DNA from: a virus
Virus record (IMG/VR): IMGVR_UViG_3300043932_000190
Length of the DNA stretch: 38,310 nucleotides
Strand: one strand, 5' to 3'
The translations under genes and the position numbers were made by a program. Below the pieces are notes generated by a model that saw only the letters and a program-made list of their open reading frames with translations, had not been told where the DNA came from and searched no databases. Numbering within the stretch: position 1 is the stretch's first letter; each line of letters starts with the position of its first letter. Below, one piece after another: positions 17,623 to 26,217 of this stretch.

Positions 17623-18528
17623 ATGGTAAATGCAGTGAATTTGAAACGAACGCCAGTTAAGACGTTGGTGCAGAGCGATGCAATTCAGAAACGTTTTCGC
17701 GAGGTACTAAAGGACCGAGCGCCACAGTTTCTGAGTTCAGTGGTTAGTGTGGTCAATGAAAATAAGGATTTACAAGGTGTTGACCAGATGAGCGTGCTCA
17801 ATTCGGCATTGGTGGCGGCATCCGTCAACCTGCCGATCAACCAAAATCTCGGGTTCTTCTATCTTGTTCCTTACAAAGGTGTTGCTCAGGCGCAGATGGG
17901 CTATAAGGGCTACATTCAATTGGCTCAGCGGTCGGGCCAGTATCAGAAGCTCAATGCCATTCCAGTTTATGCTGACGAGTTTGGCAGCTGGAATCCACTG
18001 ACCGAAGAGCTGGATTACACGCCACATTTTGAAGACCGCAAGGCGAGTGATAAGCCGGTCGGATACGTCGGTTTCTTCAAACTCTCAAATGGCTTTGAAA
18101 AAACTGTGTATTGGAGTCGGAAACAGATCGAAGCTCACCGTGATCGATTCTCGAAAAGCGCCAGTAGTTCCCAATCACCATGGAAGTCTGACTTTGACGC
18201 GATGGCTTTGAAGACAGTGCTGCGGAATTTGATCACCAAATGGGGACCGATGACCACGGATATTCAAAAAGCGAATGATGCCGATGAAAGCGACTTGAAA
18301 AATAATTTGACTGTCGACTCAAGCGATCCTAAAGACGTAACACCTGGCTCATCCTTGGAACAATTTCTTGGTGCGACTGATCAGCAGCAAGAACCAACCA
18401 CCGAACCGGCAACCAAGAAAAAGTCTGAGGAGGTGAAGCACGATGAACTCAAGCCAGACGTTATCAACGACCCCAACGAGCACACCAAACAAACCAGCCT
18501 CACCGACGACGACCTTCCATTTGACTGA
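17623..18528 (+). CDS. recT: RecT-family single-strand annealing recombinase
   Basis: RecT-like core (..SVLNSALVAASVNLPINQNLGFFYLVPYKG..QMGYKGYIQLAQRSGQY..) with an acidic C-terminal tail. Confidence 0.85.
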   Translation: MVNAVNLKRTPVKTLVQSDAIQKRFREVLKDRAPQFLSSVVSVVNENKDLQGVDQMSVLNSALVAASVNLPINQNLGFFYLVPYKGVAQAQMGYKGYIQLAQRSGQYQKLNAIPVYADEFGSWNPLTEELDYTPHFEDRKASDKPVGYVGFFKLSNGFEKTVYWSRKQIEAHRDRFSKSASSSQSPWKSDFDAMALKTVLRNLITKWGPMTTDIQKANDADESDLKNNLTVDSSDPKDVTPGSSLEQFLGATDQQQEPTTEPATKKKSEEVKHDELKPDVINDPNEHTKQTSLTDDDLPFD

Positions 18529-19312
18529 TGCCAACTACTACAACAAGGAAGCCAACCAGCATTTTCAATCGGCATCAATGTTCAAGGAGTTCTTATCATG
18601 TGAAGCCCGGGCCATGGCTATGCTGGCAGGCTGGGAACCTGCGAACAAAGATCCAACGGCCTTGTTGGCCGGAAATTATGTGCACAGTTATTTCGAGAGT
18701 AAAAGTGCTCATGAACAGTTCATCCAGGACAATCCGGTGATGTTCACGAAGACGGGTAGTCTAAAGGCCGCTTACAAGACGGCTCAAACCATGATTGATG
18801 CGTTAAAGGACGACAAGCACTTCATTGAGGCCTATATGCCTGGGGAAAAAGAGATGATTCTCACTGGTGATATTGGTGGCACTCAATGGATGGGCAAGTT
18901 GGACAGTTATATTCCTGGTCAGTCGTTCTTCATGGACATCAAAACCACTCAGGATATTCATAAACGCTTCTGGGTTCCAGACGGTCGGCATGGTCACTGG
19001 GGTTCATTTGTAGAAGCATACAACTATCCATTACAGATGGCCGTTTATCAAGAGCTGATCTTTCAGGCTTACGGTGTGCGACCTGAACCCATCATTGTTG
19101 CTGTGACCAAGCAAGAGCCGCCCGACAAGGCATTCATCGCAATCCCGCAAGAATATCTGGATACGGCAATGAGTCAACTGCTGGAAGCACAAGACCGAAT
19201 CGAAGCGGTGCGAAGTGGGCAGATCCCACCTAGGCGTTGCGAGCAATGCGACTACTGCCGAGCAACCAAACATCTGGGACAGATCATCAGTATGCACGAA
19301 TTGATTGAGTAG
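18443..19312 (+). CDS. PD-(D/E)XK (Cas4-like) exonuclease with a probable Fe-S cysteine cluster
   Basis: GKLD...FMDIKT motif. Cysteines: C in FLSCEARA plus CEQCDYC near the C-terminus. Strong RBS gaggaggtg before ATG 18443, which lies 86 nt inside recT. Confidence 0.75.
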   Translation: MNSSQTLSTTPTSTPNKPASPTTTFHLTDANYYNKEANQHFQSASMFKEFLSCEARAMAMLAGWEPANKDPTALLAGNYVHSYFESKSAHEQFIQDNPVMFTKTGSLKAAYKTAQTMIDALKDDKHFIEAYMPGEKEMILTGDIGGTQWMGKLDSYIPGQSFFMDIKTTQDIHKRFWVPDGRHGHWGSFVEAYNYPLQMAVYQELIFQAYGVRPEPIIVAVTKQEPPDKAFIAIPQEYLDTAMSQLLEAQDRIEAVRSGQIPPRRCEQCDYCRATKHLGQIISMHELIE

Positions 19313-19323
19313 GGGGTGAGCAT

Positions 19324-20130
19324 TTGGATTATTTCAAGCAGCGACGTGCGTTTCGTACATTACTTACAGATGAAATCAAGTTATCAATGGGCCAAAACGT
19401 TTTGTATCGCGAGTTATTAGACTACGCGAACGACACCGGCAAATTGGACAGCGATTTTGGGTTATGGAATGACGTACTAGCACGCCGGTCGAGCCAATCC
19501 ATAGCCGGCTTGAAGAAGAACCGAAATGCTCTTGTCCAGAAAGGCCTGATCAGGCTGACGCCTGGGGCCAAGGACAAGACAGCTCCCCGGTATCAAATCA
19601 TTCAGCTTTATGTCGATTACAAAACTGAACCAACAAGTGATGGAAATGACGTAAAAAGTAGCCCACGTGGTACCGAAAAAGTAGCCCACGAAGTAGCCAC
19701 TAGGGTAGCCCACGAAGTAGCCCAAAGTACTTTACTAATACCTGACAGTGACTTGACAAAAGAACATAGTCCGGCACCGGCAAAGCCGGCACCGAAAAAA
19801 TCTGCTGCTCCGGATCCGTACCTCGGCGATTACAAGATTGTCATCGATTACCTCAATGAGCGGACGGACAGCCGGTACCAAGCCAATGGGGCTAAGACCA
19901 AGGAGCTGATCCATGCACGGCTCAACAGCGGGTTTGACGTTGACGACTTCAAACGGGTGATCGACAACAAGGCCACCGAATGGATGGGGACTGAGATGCA
20001 GAAGTACTTGCGGCCCTCCACGCTTTTTGGGCCGAAGTTTGAGGAGTATCTCAACCAACGCAACGTCAAGCCTCAGTCCAAGTCATATCAGGAGCGAGAC
20101 AATCCCAACGCGGCTGAATTGCCGTTTTGA
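19324..20130 (+). CDS. Replisome organiser / DnaD-like replication initiation protein
   Basis: 268 aa, TTG start. The C-terminal region (YKIVIDYLNERTDSRYQANGAKTKELIHARLNSGFDVDDFKRVID..WMGTEMQKYLRPSTLFG) is typical of phage replisome-organiser C-terminal domains. It contains iterons. Confidence 0.75.
   Translation: MDYFKQRRAFRTLLTDEIKLSMGQNVLYRELLDYANDTGKLDSDFGLWNDVLARRSSQSIAGLKKNRNALVQKGLIRLTPGAKDKTAPRYQIIQLYVDYKTEPTSDGNDVKSSPRGTEKVAHEVATRVAHEVAQSTLLIPDSDLTKEHSPAPAKPAPKKSAAPDPYLGDYKIVIDYLNERTDSRYQANGAKTKELIHARLNSGFDVDDFKRVIDNKATEWMGTEMQKYLRPSTLFGPKFEEYLNQRNVKPQSKSYQERDNPNAAELPF
19656..19726. repeat. Iteron cluster, five copies of (A)GTAGCC(C)A(C): candidate origin of replication inside the organiser gene
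   Basis: gtagccca at 19658, 19681, 19705 and 19717, plus the variant gtagccac at 19693. Spacing is 23, 12, 12 and 12 nt. Confidence 0.6.
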
Positions 20131-20145
20131 GGGGAGGAATAGACC

Positions 20146-20967
20146 GTGAAAGACGCAAGAAATGTATTTCAACGTCTCTTGGATCACTTTGAGCAGTGCG
20201 GGAAGTGTCCAGTCTGTGGGGAACCGCTGTATCGGCCCAGCTTTGAGATGGCTGGCCGGGTTGTCCCGGGAGCTTGTCCTGCCTGCGGTTACAAGGAGCC
20301 AACGGGGATCGAGGATCAACGCAATCCCAAACGGTGGGAGCGAGACGCAGCCAAAACGGCAGCTAATAACTATCTTGTTGGCAATTCGCTCACGCCTAAC
20401 GGCAAAGCCTTCAGCAACAGCTTTGAGACGTACGTGGCCCGAACCCCAGAGGAGCAGAAAGCATTGGCCTTCGCTCATGCCAAGGTGGAGACCCTTGTCG
20501 AGCAGCCTCCCGCTCATGTGTATTTGGCGGGACCGGCTGGCACTGGTAAGACGCACCTGGCAACGGCTATCCTGCTCGATTACATCGTGCAGAAGAACTA
20601 CAGGGTGAAGGCGCTGTACGTCGATTGGCAAAAATATGTGGACATGACGGCGAATCGCTACGACGCGCAAATCGATATAAAACAATATCTGGCACGGCTC
20701 AATGCAGCCATCCAGGATTGCGATTTGTTGCTACTGGATGATTTCGGAGCCGAAGTATTCGACGGAAAGGCGTCCAAGGGATCCGTTGACTTAGCCAATA
20801 CGATCTTCAGCGGCCGGGTGGACAAGAACGTCATCGTGACGACGAATCTTCCGGGAGAGATGGTCAAGGATGTCTATGGCCAGCGTATTGTCTCTCGTCT
20901 GCGAGCCCACATGGTGGGTAATGCATTATTATTCGCCAACATGAAGGACCACCGCGCCCTGGCATGA
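20146..20967 (+). CDS. DnaC/DnaI-type helicase loader (IstB-like AAA+ ATPase) with an N-terminal zinc ribbon
   Basis: GTG start with ggggagg RBS. CGKCPVCG...CPACG. Walker A GPAGTGKTHL. Walker B LLLLDDFG. Confidence 0.85.
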   Translation: MKDARNVFQRLLDHFEQCGKCPVCGEPLYRPSFEMAGRVVPGACPACGYKEPTGIEDQRNPKRWERDAAKTAANNYLVGNSLTPNGKAFSNSFETYVARTPEEQKALAFAHAKVETLVEQPPAHVYLAGPAGTGKTHLATAILLDYIVQKNYRVKALYVDWQKYVDMTANRYDAQIDIKQYLARLNAAIQDCDLLLLDDFGAEVFDGKASKGSVDLANTIFSGRVDKNVIVTTNLPGEMVKDVYGQRIVSRLRAHMVGNALLFANMKDHRALA

Positions 20968-20981
20968 GAGGAGAGTACGAC

Positions 20982-21389
20982 ATGAAGAAAGTCGAAAGCA
21001 TCGTGATTCCATTACCATTGGCGGCCACAAAAGCCTATAAAGACGTGACGTTAAACAAATACATTTCTGCTGAACGGTCCAATCGCTTCGCCGCTGCGAG
21101 CCTTAAACGACAGGCTACCGACAATTGCGCTTTGTGGGTCAAAAATGCCATGAATGATGGTCTTGACTGGCAGTGGCCGGCGGATCTCTGGTTCCACTGG
21201 CACGTGCCAAACAATCGGATTGATCCGGACAATATTGCGTTCCAGAAAAAGTTCATTCTGGACGGTATGCAAGCAGCCAAGATGCTGCCGAACGACGACA
21301 TGAAGCATATTCGCAGATTCCACGACGCCTTTATGGTTGAGCCTGCGGGTCACGGATACGTTGAAATTAAACAGGAACGGAGCGAGTGA
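20982..21389 (+). CDS. rusA: RusA-like Holliday junction resolvase
   Basis: Start refined to ATG 20982 (MKKVESIVIPLP). The motif IDPDNIAFQKKFILDGMQAAKMLPNDD resembles the RusA DxDN..K...D core. Confidence 0.55.
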   Translation: MKKVESIVIPLPLAATKAYKDVTLNKYISAERSNRFAAASLKRQATDNCALWVKNAMNDGLDWQWPADLWFHWHVPNNRIDPDNIAFQKKFILDGMQAAKMLPNDDMKHIRRFHDAFMVEPAGHGYVEIKQERSE

Positions 21390-21390
21390 T

Positions 21391-21699
21391 ATGAGTTATC
21401 AAATTATTGGCTGTGCAAGCCGACAGGCATACGGGCCGTCGTTTGATACGGTCAAGGAAGCTTATCGCTATATCAACGACGTGTTGGAGGACACAAGTTC
21501 TGATGCGCGGAGGGAGCAGCGCAATCGGTCTACCAGCCGCTTATCTTTTGTCAGCCTACCGGAGCCTTTGTTCGTGGCTGACGATGAAGACCCGATTGAG
21601 GACCAGTTGCCATATCTGGGCAAGGATAAACGGCTCAAGGAGATCAACGACCGCCACGCATGGGAGCGAGCACACAAGGTGCAGGAGGTAGTGGGGTGA
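21391..21699 (+). CDS. Hypothetical protein
   Basis: Start refined to ATG 21391 (MSYQIIGCASRQ). 102 aa. Confidence 0.55.
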   Translation: MSYQIIGCASRQAYGPSFDTVKEAYRYINDVLEDTSSDARREQRNRSTSRLSFVSLPEPLFVADDEDPIEDQLPYLGKDKRLKEINDRHAWERAHKVQEVVG

Positions 21700-21701
21700 T
21701 A

Positions 21702-21923
21702 ATGACTAGCACGCATCAATATGTCTCCGGCGATCGGGTCGATGTGCCTGAACAGGTCTTTCTGGGAAACGTTGTTACCCGCTCTGGAGTTGGTGTCGTA
21801 AAGCAGATCCTGCGGCAGAAGTTTGGGAATGCCACTCAAGAATTGCTCATTGTTGAGGTAGACGGTCAAGGTGAACGAAAGTATTTATCGAAGAATGTGC
21901 GATGGATTGGAGAGCCAGAATGA
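21702..21923 (+). CDS. Hypothetical protein
   Basis: Start refined to ATG 21702 (MTSTHQYVSGDRV). 73 aa. Confidence 0.55.
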   Translation: MTSTHQYVSGDRVDVPEQVFLGNVVTRSGVGVVKQILRQKFGNATQELLIVEVDGQGERKYLSKNVRWIGEPE

Positions 21924-22447
21924 ATAAAGAAGAAGCAAAAGAAGCCTTGCAAGATTGGTTTGATAAGGAAAAGATCCCCGCAGTGGTAGACCAAAAAACT
22001 ATTGCGAAAGCAAAAGACATCATCGATGCCATCGAATTAGAACACAAGCCGGAGGTATTACCACAGTCTGTGGGTGAATGGGTGGACCGTTGTTTTCTTA
22101 GCATGGCCTTACCCCAACTTCTTGATGCGAACTATATGCCTTCGACTGTCAAAAGCTGGGTCTATGAAACAAGATTTTTGAATCAACTGACACTCATGCG
22201 TGCCTGTCTATATGGGTGGACACCAGAGAAACAGTTCGTTCTGCCGATGGAAGAGACTGGCGACGACTTGACAAATTTATATGCAGTTAAAGATACCCAA
22301 GGAGATTGGGATGTGCGGCCGGCAAATGATGATAAGGGTGCAGTGCTTAACCATTACACGGTCGGTCAATCGGATATTGACTCAGCTCCGGCGTGGGTCA
22401 AGGCTATCAAACCGGTGGAGGCACACTATGACAAGACCAATTCTTGA
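21920..22447 (+). CDS. Hypothetical protein (DUF1642-like phage protein)
   Basis: Start refined to ATG 21920 (MNKEEAKEAL), RBS ggagag. 175 aa. Confidence 0.55.
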   Translation: MNKEEAKEALQDWFDKEKIPAVVDQKTIAKAKDIIDAIELEHKPEVLPQSVGEWVDRCFLSMALPQLLDANYMPSTVKSWVYETRFLNQLTLMRACLYGWTPEKQFVLPMEETGDDLTNLYAVKDTQGDWDVRPANDDKGAVLNHYTVGQSDIDSAPAWVKAIKPVEAHYDKTNS

Positions 22448-22916
22448 TATGACTGCAGGTAGCCGCATGTTCTGGTGGGATAAGGAAAACCCACTTGCAA
22501 CATTTGTCGATAATCGCTCTGAGACGATCGCCGTGCCCGATGTCAGTAGCAAGGGCGGTCAGCGGGTGATTGAGATCAAGCCGGACATCATCGGCGACTG
22601 GACCAAGGGGCTGCCGTTCCCAAACGAATCGTTCCACTTGGTTGTATTCGACCCACCGCACATGATTAGAGCCGGTGAAAAGAGCTGGCTGCGTGCCAAG
22701 TACGGCGTGCTGCAGGACACATGGCAAACGGATATTGCCATTGGTTTCCAGGAGGCTATGCGGCTACTAAAGCCGTGGGGCACGCTCGTATTCAAATGGT
22801 CCGATGATCAGATCAAGCTATCGCAAGTGCTCAAATGCATTGACTACAAGCCATTATTCGGTGAGAAGCGAGGGCACACGCATTGGGTGGTCTTCATGAA
22901 GGATGGTGGCGGATAA
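22428..22916 (+). CDS. Small SAM-dependent DNA methyltransferase with a DPPH motif (N6-A or N4-C type)
   Basis: Start refined to ATG 22428 (MTRPILDMTAGS..) with ggtggagg RBS. Catalytic-like VVFDPPH. 162 aa. Confidence 0.65.
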   Translation: MTRPILDMTAGSRMFWWDKENPLATFVDNRSETIAVPDVSSKGGQRVIEIKPDIIGDWTKGLPFPNESFHLVVFDPPHMIRAGEKSWLRAKYGVLQDTWQTDIAIGFQEAMRLLKPWGTLVFKWSDDQIKLSQVLKCIDYKPLFGEKRGHTHWVVFMKDGGG

Positions 22917-23707
22917 TGAATGCATTAGAACTGTTTGCCGGCATTGGCGGCATTGCCTTGGCCGAACAAATGGCCGGCATCAATGTTGTTGGGTTGTGTG
23001 AGTATGCTGATTTTCCAAGAGCCGTGTTGCAAAAACATTGGCCGGCGGTCCCGCTATTTAAGGATGTGAAGACACTTGATCGAGACAAACTCAAAAATGG
23101 GGGGGTGGACCCCGACACAATTGACATTATTTCCGGCGGATTCCCTTGCCAGCCTTACAGTGTCGCCGGGCACCGCAGAGGCACGGAAGATGACCGCGAT
23201 CTCTGGCCGGAAATGTTTAGAATCATCGAATCTATCCGGCCAACTTGGGTCGTTGGAGAGAATGTTGTTAACTTCGCGCAAATGGAACTCGACAGAACGT
23301 TATCTGACTTGGAAAGCATTGGCTACCAAACAAGGGCATTTGTACTTCCAGCTCTCGCCGTCGGCGCCCCGCATCAGCGGTTACGTACGTTCATTGTCGC
23401 CAACGCCGACAGCCAGCGACGGGGCAGCCTGGAAACGAGTCAAGAAGGACGACGTGATCGGCAGTTTGCGGAGGGCACTAGCTCCGAAACAGGGCAAGCG
23501 ACACGCTGGGACGATGCGCGACACGTACTTACTACAGGCGCTCGAATACTCGCCAAAACAAGCCGCCGAATTTCAAGAAATGATGATGGGCTATCCAGTG
23601 GGGTGGACCGACTTAAAGCATTAGGCAATGCGGTTGTACCACAGCAGGTTTTACCGATTTTCCAGGCAATTATGGAGATAGAGGAGGGCAATACCAATGA
23701 AGACTAA
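22916..23707 (+). CDS. dcm: DNA cytosine-5 methyltransferase. The central part may be frame-disrupted (see findings).
   Basis: Motif I ELFAGIGG, motif IV GGFPCQPYS, motif VI GENV, motif VIII QRLRTFIVA, motif X LGNAVVPQQ. The ATG overlaps the stop of the upstream methyltransferase (TAATG). Confidence 0.75.
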   Translation: MNALELFAGIGGIALAEQMAGINVVGLCEYADFPRAVLQKHWPAVPLFKDVKTLDRDKLKNGGVDPDTIDIISGGFPCQPYSVAGHRRGTEDDRDLWPEMFRIIESIRPTWVVGENVVNFAQMELDRTLSDLESIGYQTRAFVLPALAVGAPHQRLRTFIVANADSQRRGSLETSQEGRRDRQFAEGTSSETGQATRWDDARHVLTTGARILAKTSRRISRNDDGLSSGVDRLKALGNAVVPQQVLPIFQAIMEIEEGNTNED

Positions 23708-23969
23708 ATCCGAAATTTGGGCTTTGCGAATAGTCCAAAACTGGAACCAAGTGCAATATGTCATCGGCAGAGCGCCGAGAGCGACGACACAAGGGGAGTG
23801 GATCGGGGACGAACAGAAAAAGGTCACTGAAATCGAGCAAACCTGGGGCGATGACCAATGGAATAGTGGTTTCATCGTGAAATACGATAACGGCACTTCA
23901 ACATTTATTCCGTTGACAACTGAGGGGTTGATCACTGAGCAGCGGCCAGTAGAGGTGCCCAATGAATAA
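23697..23969 (+). CDS. Hypothetical protein
   Basis: 90 aa, RBS gaggaggg. Confidence 0.55.
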   Translation: MKTKSEIWALRIVQNWNQVQYVIGRAPRATTQGEWIGDEQKKVTEIEQTWGDDQWNSGFIVKYDNGTSTFIPLTTEGLITEQRPVEVPNE

Positions 23970-24228
23970 GCGGATCAAGAAGAAGCGTGGCGGTGCCATT
24001 ATCAATTGGCGAAATGCCGCACAGGATCCAGCACGTGCCGCAGAACAGGCGTCAGGACTACTCTGGGCATTATCCCAGACCGATGATTTAATCAGTGTGC
24101 TGACGGCAACGCACGCCATCGAGTTGTTGTACTGGCGGACGTATGGTGGGCTGGATGAGGTACTGGACCCAATCAATAGGGCACGGTACGAACAGTTAGC
24201 AGATTTGGAGGTGCAACATGGAGCTTGA
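23962..24228 (+). CDS. Hypothetical protein
   Basis: 88 aa, RBS agaggtg. Confidence 0.55.
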   Translation: MNKRIKKKRGGAIINWRNAAQDPARAAEQASGLLWALSQTDDLISVLTATHAIELLYWRTYGGLDEVLDPINRARYEQLADLEVQHGA

Positions 24229-24421
24229 TGAAAAGACAGGTATGTGGCGCATGACCGGTTCAGAGCTGTTGGCCCAGTTTCTTGATGATTGGCAGCAGTT
24301 TCACGGGCGTGAGGGCACGTCATTTGAGGACTGGTGCCGCCCCACGAACCTGCGCGACATCAAAATTGACGGCCACTATCTGGTGAGCAACGAACTACAC
24401 GAGGTGTATGAAATTGAGTGA
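24218..24421 (+). CDS. Hypothetical protein
   Basis: 67 aa, RBS ggaggtg. Confidence 0.55.
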   Translation: MELDEKTGMWRMTGSELLAQFLDDWQQFHGREGTSFEDWCRPTNLRDIKIDGHYLVSNELHEVYEIE

Positions 24422-24746
24422 ATCAATACAAGGCGTGTTCATCGGTCTCCTCAATGACTGGGGACGATTGAAGCGAGAGCGACGGCCAAAAGGCATATAC
24501 GTGTACCCAGATGAAGTCTCACATGAAATGTCTGACTATCGTCGGCGGTTCGATGCAGCGCTTGAAAATGAATCAGAGAGCGAGGACCAGCACTATTGTC
24601 CTGACTGTCACATCGACGGCAAGCCGTTGTTCGGCGAATACATTGTTGCAAGGATTCCGGGGACAGACTTGGTCAAGGCAGGCGTCCGTGTCCAGAAAGC
24701 CAATTACTGTGGTCAGTGCGGCAGGAGGTTGAGACACAATGCCTAA
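24408..24746 (+). CDS. Hypothetical zinc-ribbon protein
   Basis: CPDC...CGQCG pairs. The start is uncertain: ATG 24408 sits too close to the SD sequence, and TTG 24414 has better spacing. Confidence 0.5.
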   Translation: MKLSESIQGVFIGLLNDWGRLKRERRPKGIYVYPDEVSHEMSDYRRRFDAALENESESEDQHYCPDCHIDGKPLFGEYIVARIPGTDLVKAGVRVQKANYCGQCGRRLRHNA

Positions 24747-24975
24747 CTACGATCACGGCGATTGGGTGCGATACAGGGGCGTTGCCTGCCGGGTGCTAGG
24801 CCACTGGCACGATAAGCAGTGGACGGATTACCTGATGCTGGGCGTGCCAGAGAGCATTGGGACGTTTCAAGGGGTCAAGCAGGTGGTCCGGTGGAAGTTC
24901 GTTGGGACCGTACTACCAGATGCAGTGGAGTTGATTAAGAGGAGGCCAAAGAATGAAGCAGTTGAAGAAGGGTGA
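24739..24975 (+). CDS. Hypothetical protein
   Basis: 78 aa, RBS aggagg. Confidence 0.5.
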   Translation: MPNYDHGDWVRYRGVACRVLGHWHDKQWTDYLMLGVPESIGTFQGVKQVVRWKFVGTVLPDAVELIKRRPKNEAVEEG

Positions 24976-25180
24976 CAAGGTGCGTTATACGGGCAACAGT
25001 TTTCCTGATTACAAAGGCAGCACTTATCGCGTGGATGACGCCGGCTGGCTGAGCGATAACTTTGTCATGTTGGCAACTGGTGAGACCACCATCCTTGACA
25101 GCGGGACACCAGATCCAACGGGCTGGAGCAAAGTATTTCTCGCCCGAATCGATAACGTGGAGCCGATAAATGAAGAGTAA
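24953..25180 (+). CDS. Hypothetical protein
   Basis: 75 aa, RBS gaggagg 7 nt upstream. Confidence 0.55.
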   Translation: MKQLKKGDKVRYTGNSFPDYKGSTYRVDDAGWLSDNFVMLATGETTILDSGTPDPTGWSKVFLARIDNVEPINEE

Positions 25181-25358
25181 GCCGAAAGTATTGAACGCTC
25201 TTTCTGACAAGCGATCATTGGCAAGCCTGATGATTCTCATAGCTGTTGTTAGTGATCTGCTTCACGGTGGAACTGCAGCGCATACCACCCTTTTGCTTGT
25301 TGGGTATGCAATTTTCTTCGTGCTTGCCGACATTGACGATCAAGTACGCAAGCATTAA
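25170..25358 (+). CDS. Small membrane protein
   Basis: 62 aa with two hydrophobic helices. Confidence 0.5.
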   Translation: MKSKPKVLNALSDKRSLASLMILIAVVSDLLHGGTAAHTTLLLVGYAIFFVLADIDDQVRKH

Positions 25359-25430
25359 AAAAGACCGCTCCTAAGCGGCCCTCTCCAATGATTTCGCAAA
25401 TCAAGTATATCAAAAAGTGGGGAGTGCTGC

Positions 25431-25883
25431 ATGATGCGGATAGTACAGACATACTGGCGAAGATTAGACCATGAGGCAACAGCGACAAATGCCGAAGCGG
25501 TGTTGATGGACTATCGGCATCGGAAGCATAAGGCCAAGCGGAACGAGGTGACCATTCAGTCCCCACAGATGGACGGGATGCCTAGATCACCAAGCACGGA
25601 AAACGCTCAGGAGAATAAGATTCTGCGAGACCTGGAAGACGGAGAGTTTTGTCAGCAATGTGATCGGGTCATTAGTGCTATTGAGAGCAGTGAGGGGCGC
25701 ACCATCCTGCGGCTCTTGTATACGGTGGGCCGGCCACCCAAGGTGGAATCGATCATGGAGCAGCTTGGAATGCAGTCAACGGCTTATTATCATGCCAGGG
25801 AGGATGCATTGGTGGCATTTGCGGAGTTATGGCCGCCATCACCAAGCGAGCTGCTGGTCTATCGTACCGAAAAACGAGCGTAA
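25431..25883 (+). CDS. ArpU-family late transcriptional regulator (sigma region-4-like)
   Basis: 150 aa. Features: YRHRKHKAKRNEV, ...DGMPRSPS.., C-terminal HTH-like LGMQSTAYYHAREDALVAFAE. It holds the typical position of the last early gene before the packaging module. Confidence 0.7.
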   Translation: MMRIVQTYWRRLDHEATATNAEAVLMDYRHRKHKAKRNEVTIQSPQMDGMPRSPSTENAQENKILRDLEDGEFCQQCDRVISAIESSEGRTILRLLYTVGRPPKVESIMEQLGMQSTAYYHAREDALVAFAELWPPSPSELLVYRTEKRA

Positions 25884-26014
25884 CAAACCCATGAAGAAGT
25901 CGTAAGTAAGTCGTGACACGGGCGTAAGTGTTTCCATCGTATTATGGTATTGTGCCAAAGACGTGTGGGGCTTCCTCCCCGGACCGCACGCATAATTTAC
26001 TGATACCAATTGGT

Positions 26015-26059
26015 AGGACGGAGCAGGTCAATATCCGGGTTCGATTCCCGGTCGTCCTA
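26015..26059 (+). ncRNA. tRNA-like minihelix TL1 (acceptor stem plus canonical T arm only)
   Basis: aggacgg - 13 nt - ccggg ttcgatt cccgg - tcgtcct - a. 7-bp acceptor (one G-U), canonical TTCGATT T-loop, no D or anticodon arms. Confidence 0.45.
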
Positions 26060-26217
26060 TTGCCCACGTTTCCATTAGATGATGTGTTCAAACTAAAAAA
26101 TGGATCGCACTGCTCGACATCGGGTGGTGCGGATAGCAAACATATGCGGTGGGCAAAAATAGTCATGCGAGGACCCATACTGCTACTGCGTACATAGCAA
26201 TATGGCGAGCATACGGC

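Noticed and set aside
20083-20685. The 200-aa minus-strand ORF antisense to the helicase-loader gene, and similar antisense ORFs (19735-20058, 21468-21869, 23898-24323, 33969-34526).
   Set aside because: They are fully nested antisense to genes with clear motifs and have no RBS. Their Arg/Leu/Ser-rich composition is typical of antisense frames.
23076-23624. The 182-aa alternative-frame ORF inside dcm as an independent gene.
   Set aside because: It has no RBS, and its N-terminal two-thirds is out-of-frame dcm sequence. Only its last 75 or so codons look meaningful, which is treated as a possible frame-shifted dcm segment in the findings.
25356-25385. Hairpin ccgct-ccta-agcgg after the 25170-25358 gene as a + strand terminator.
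   Set aside because: It has only a 5-bp stem and no U-tract on the + strand; the A-run lies upstream, so it would only look like a terminator on the minus strand, where there is no gene.
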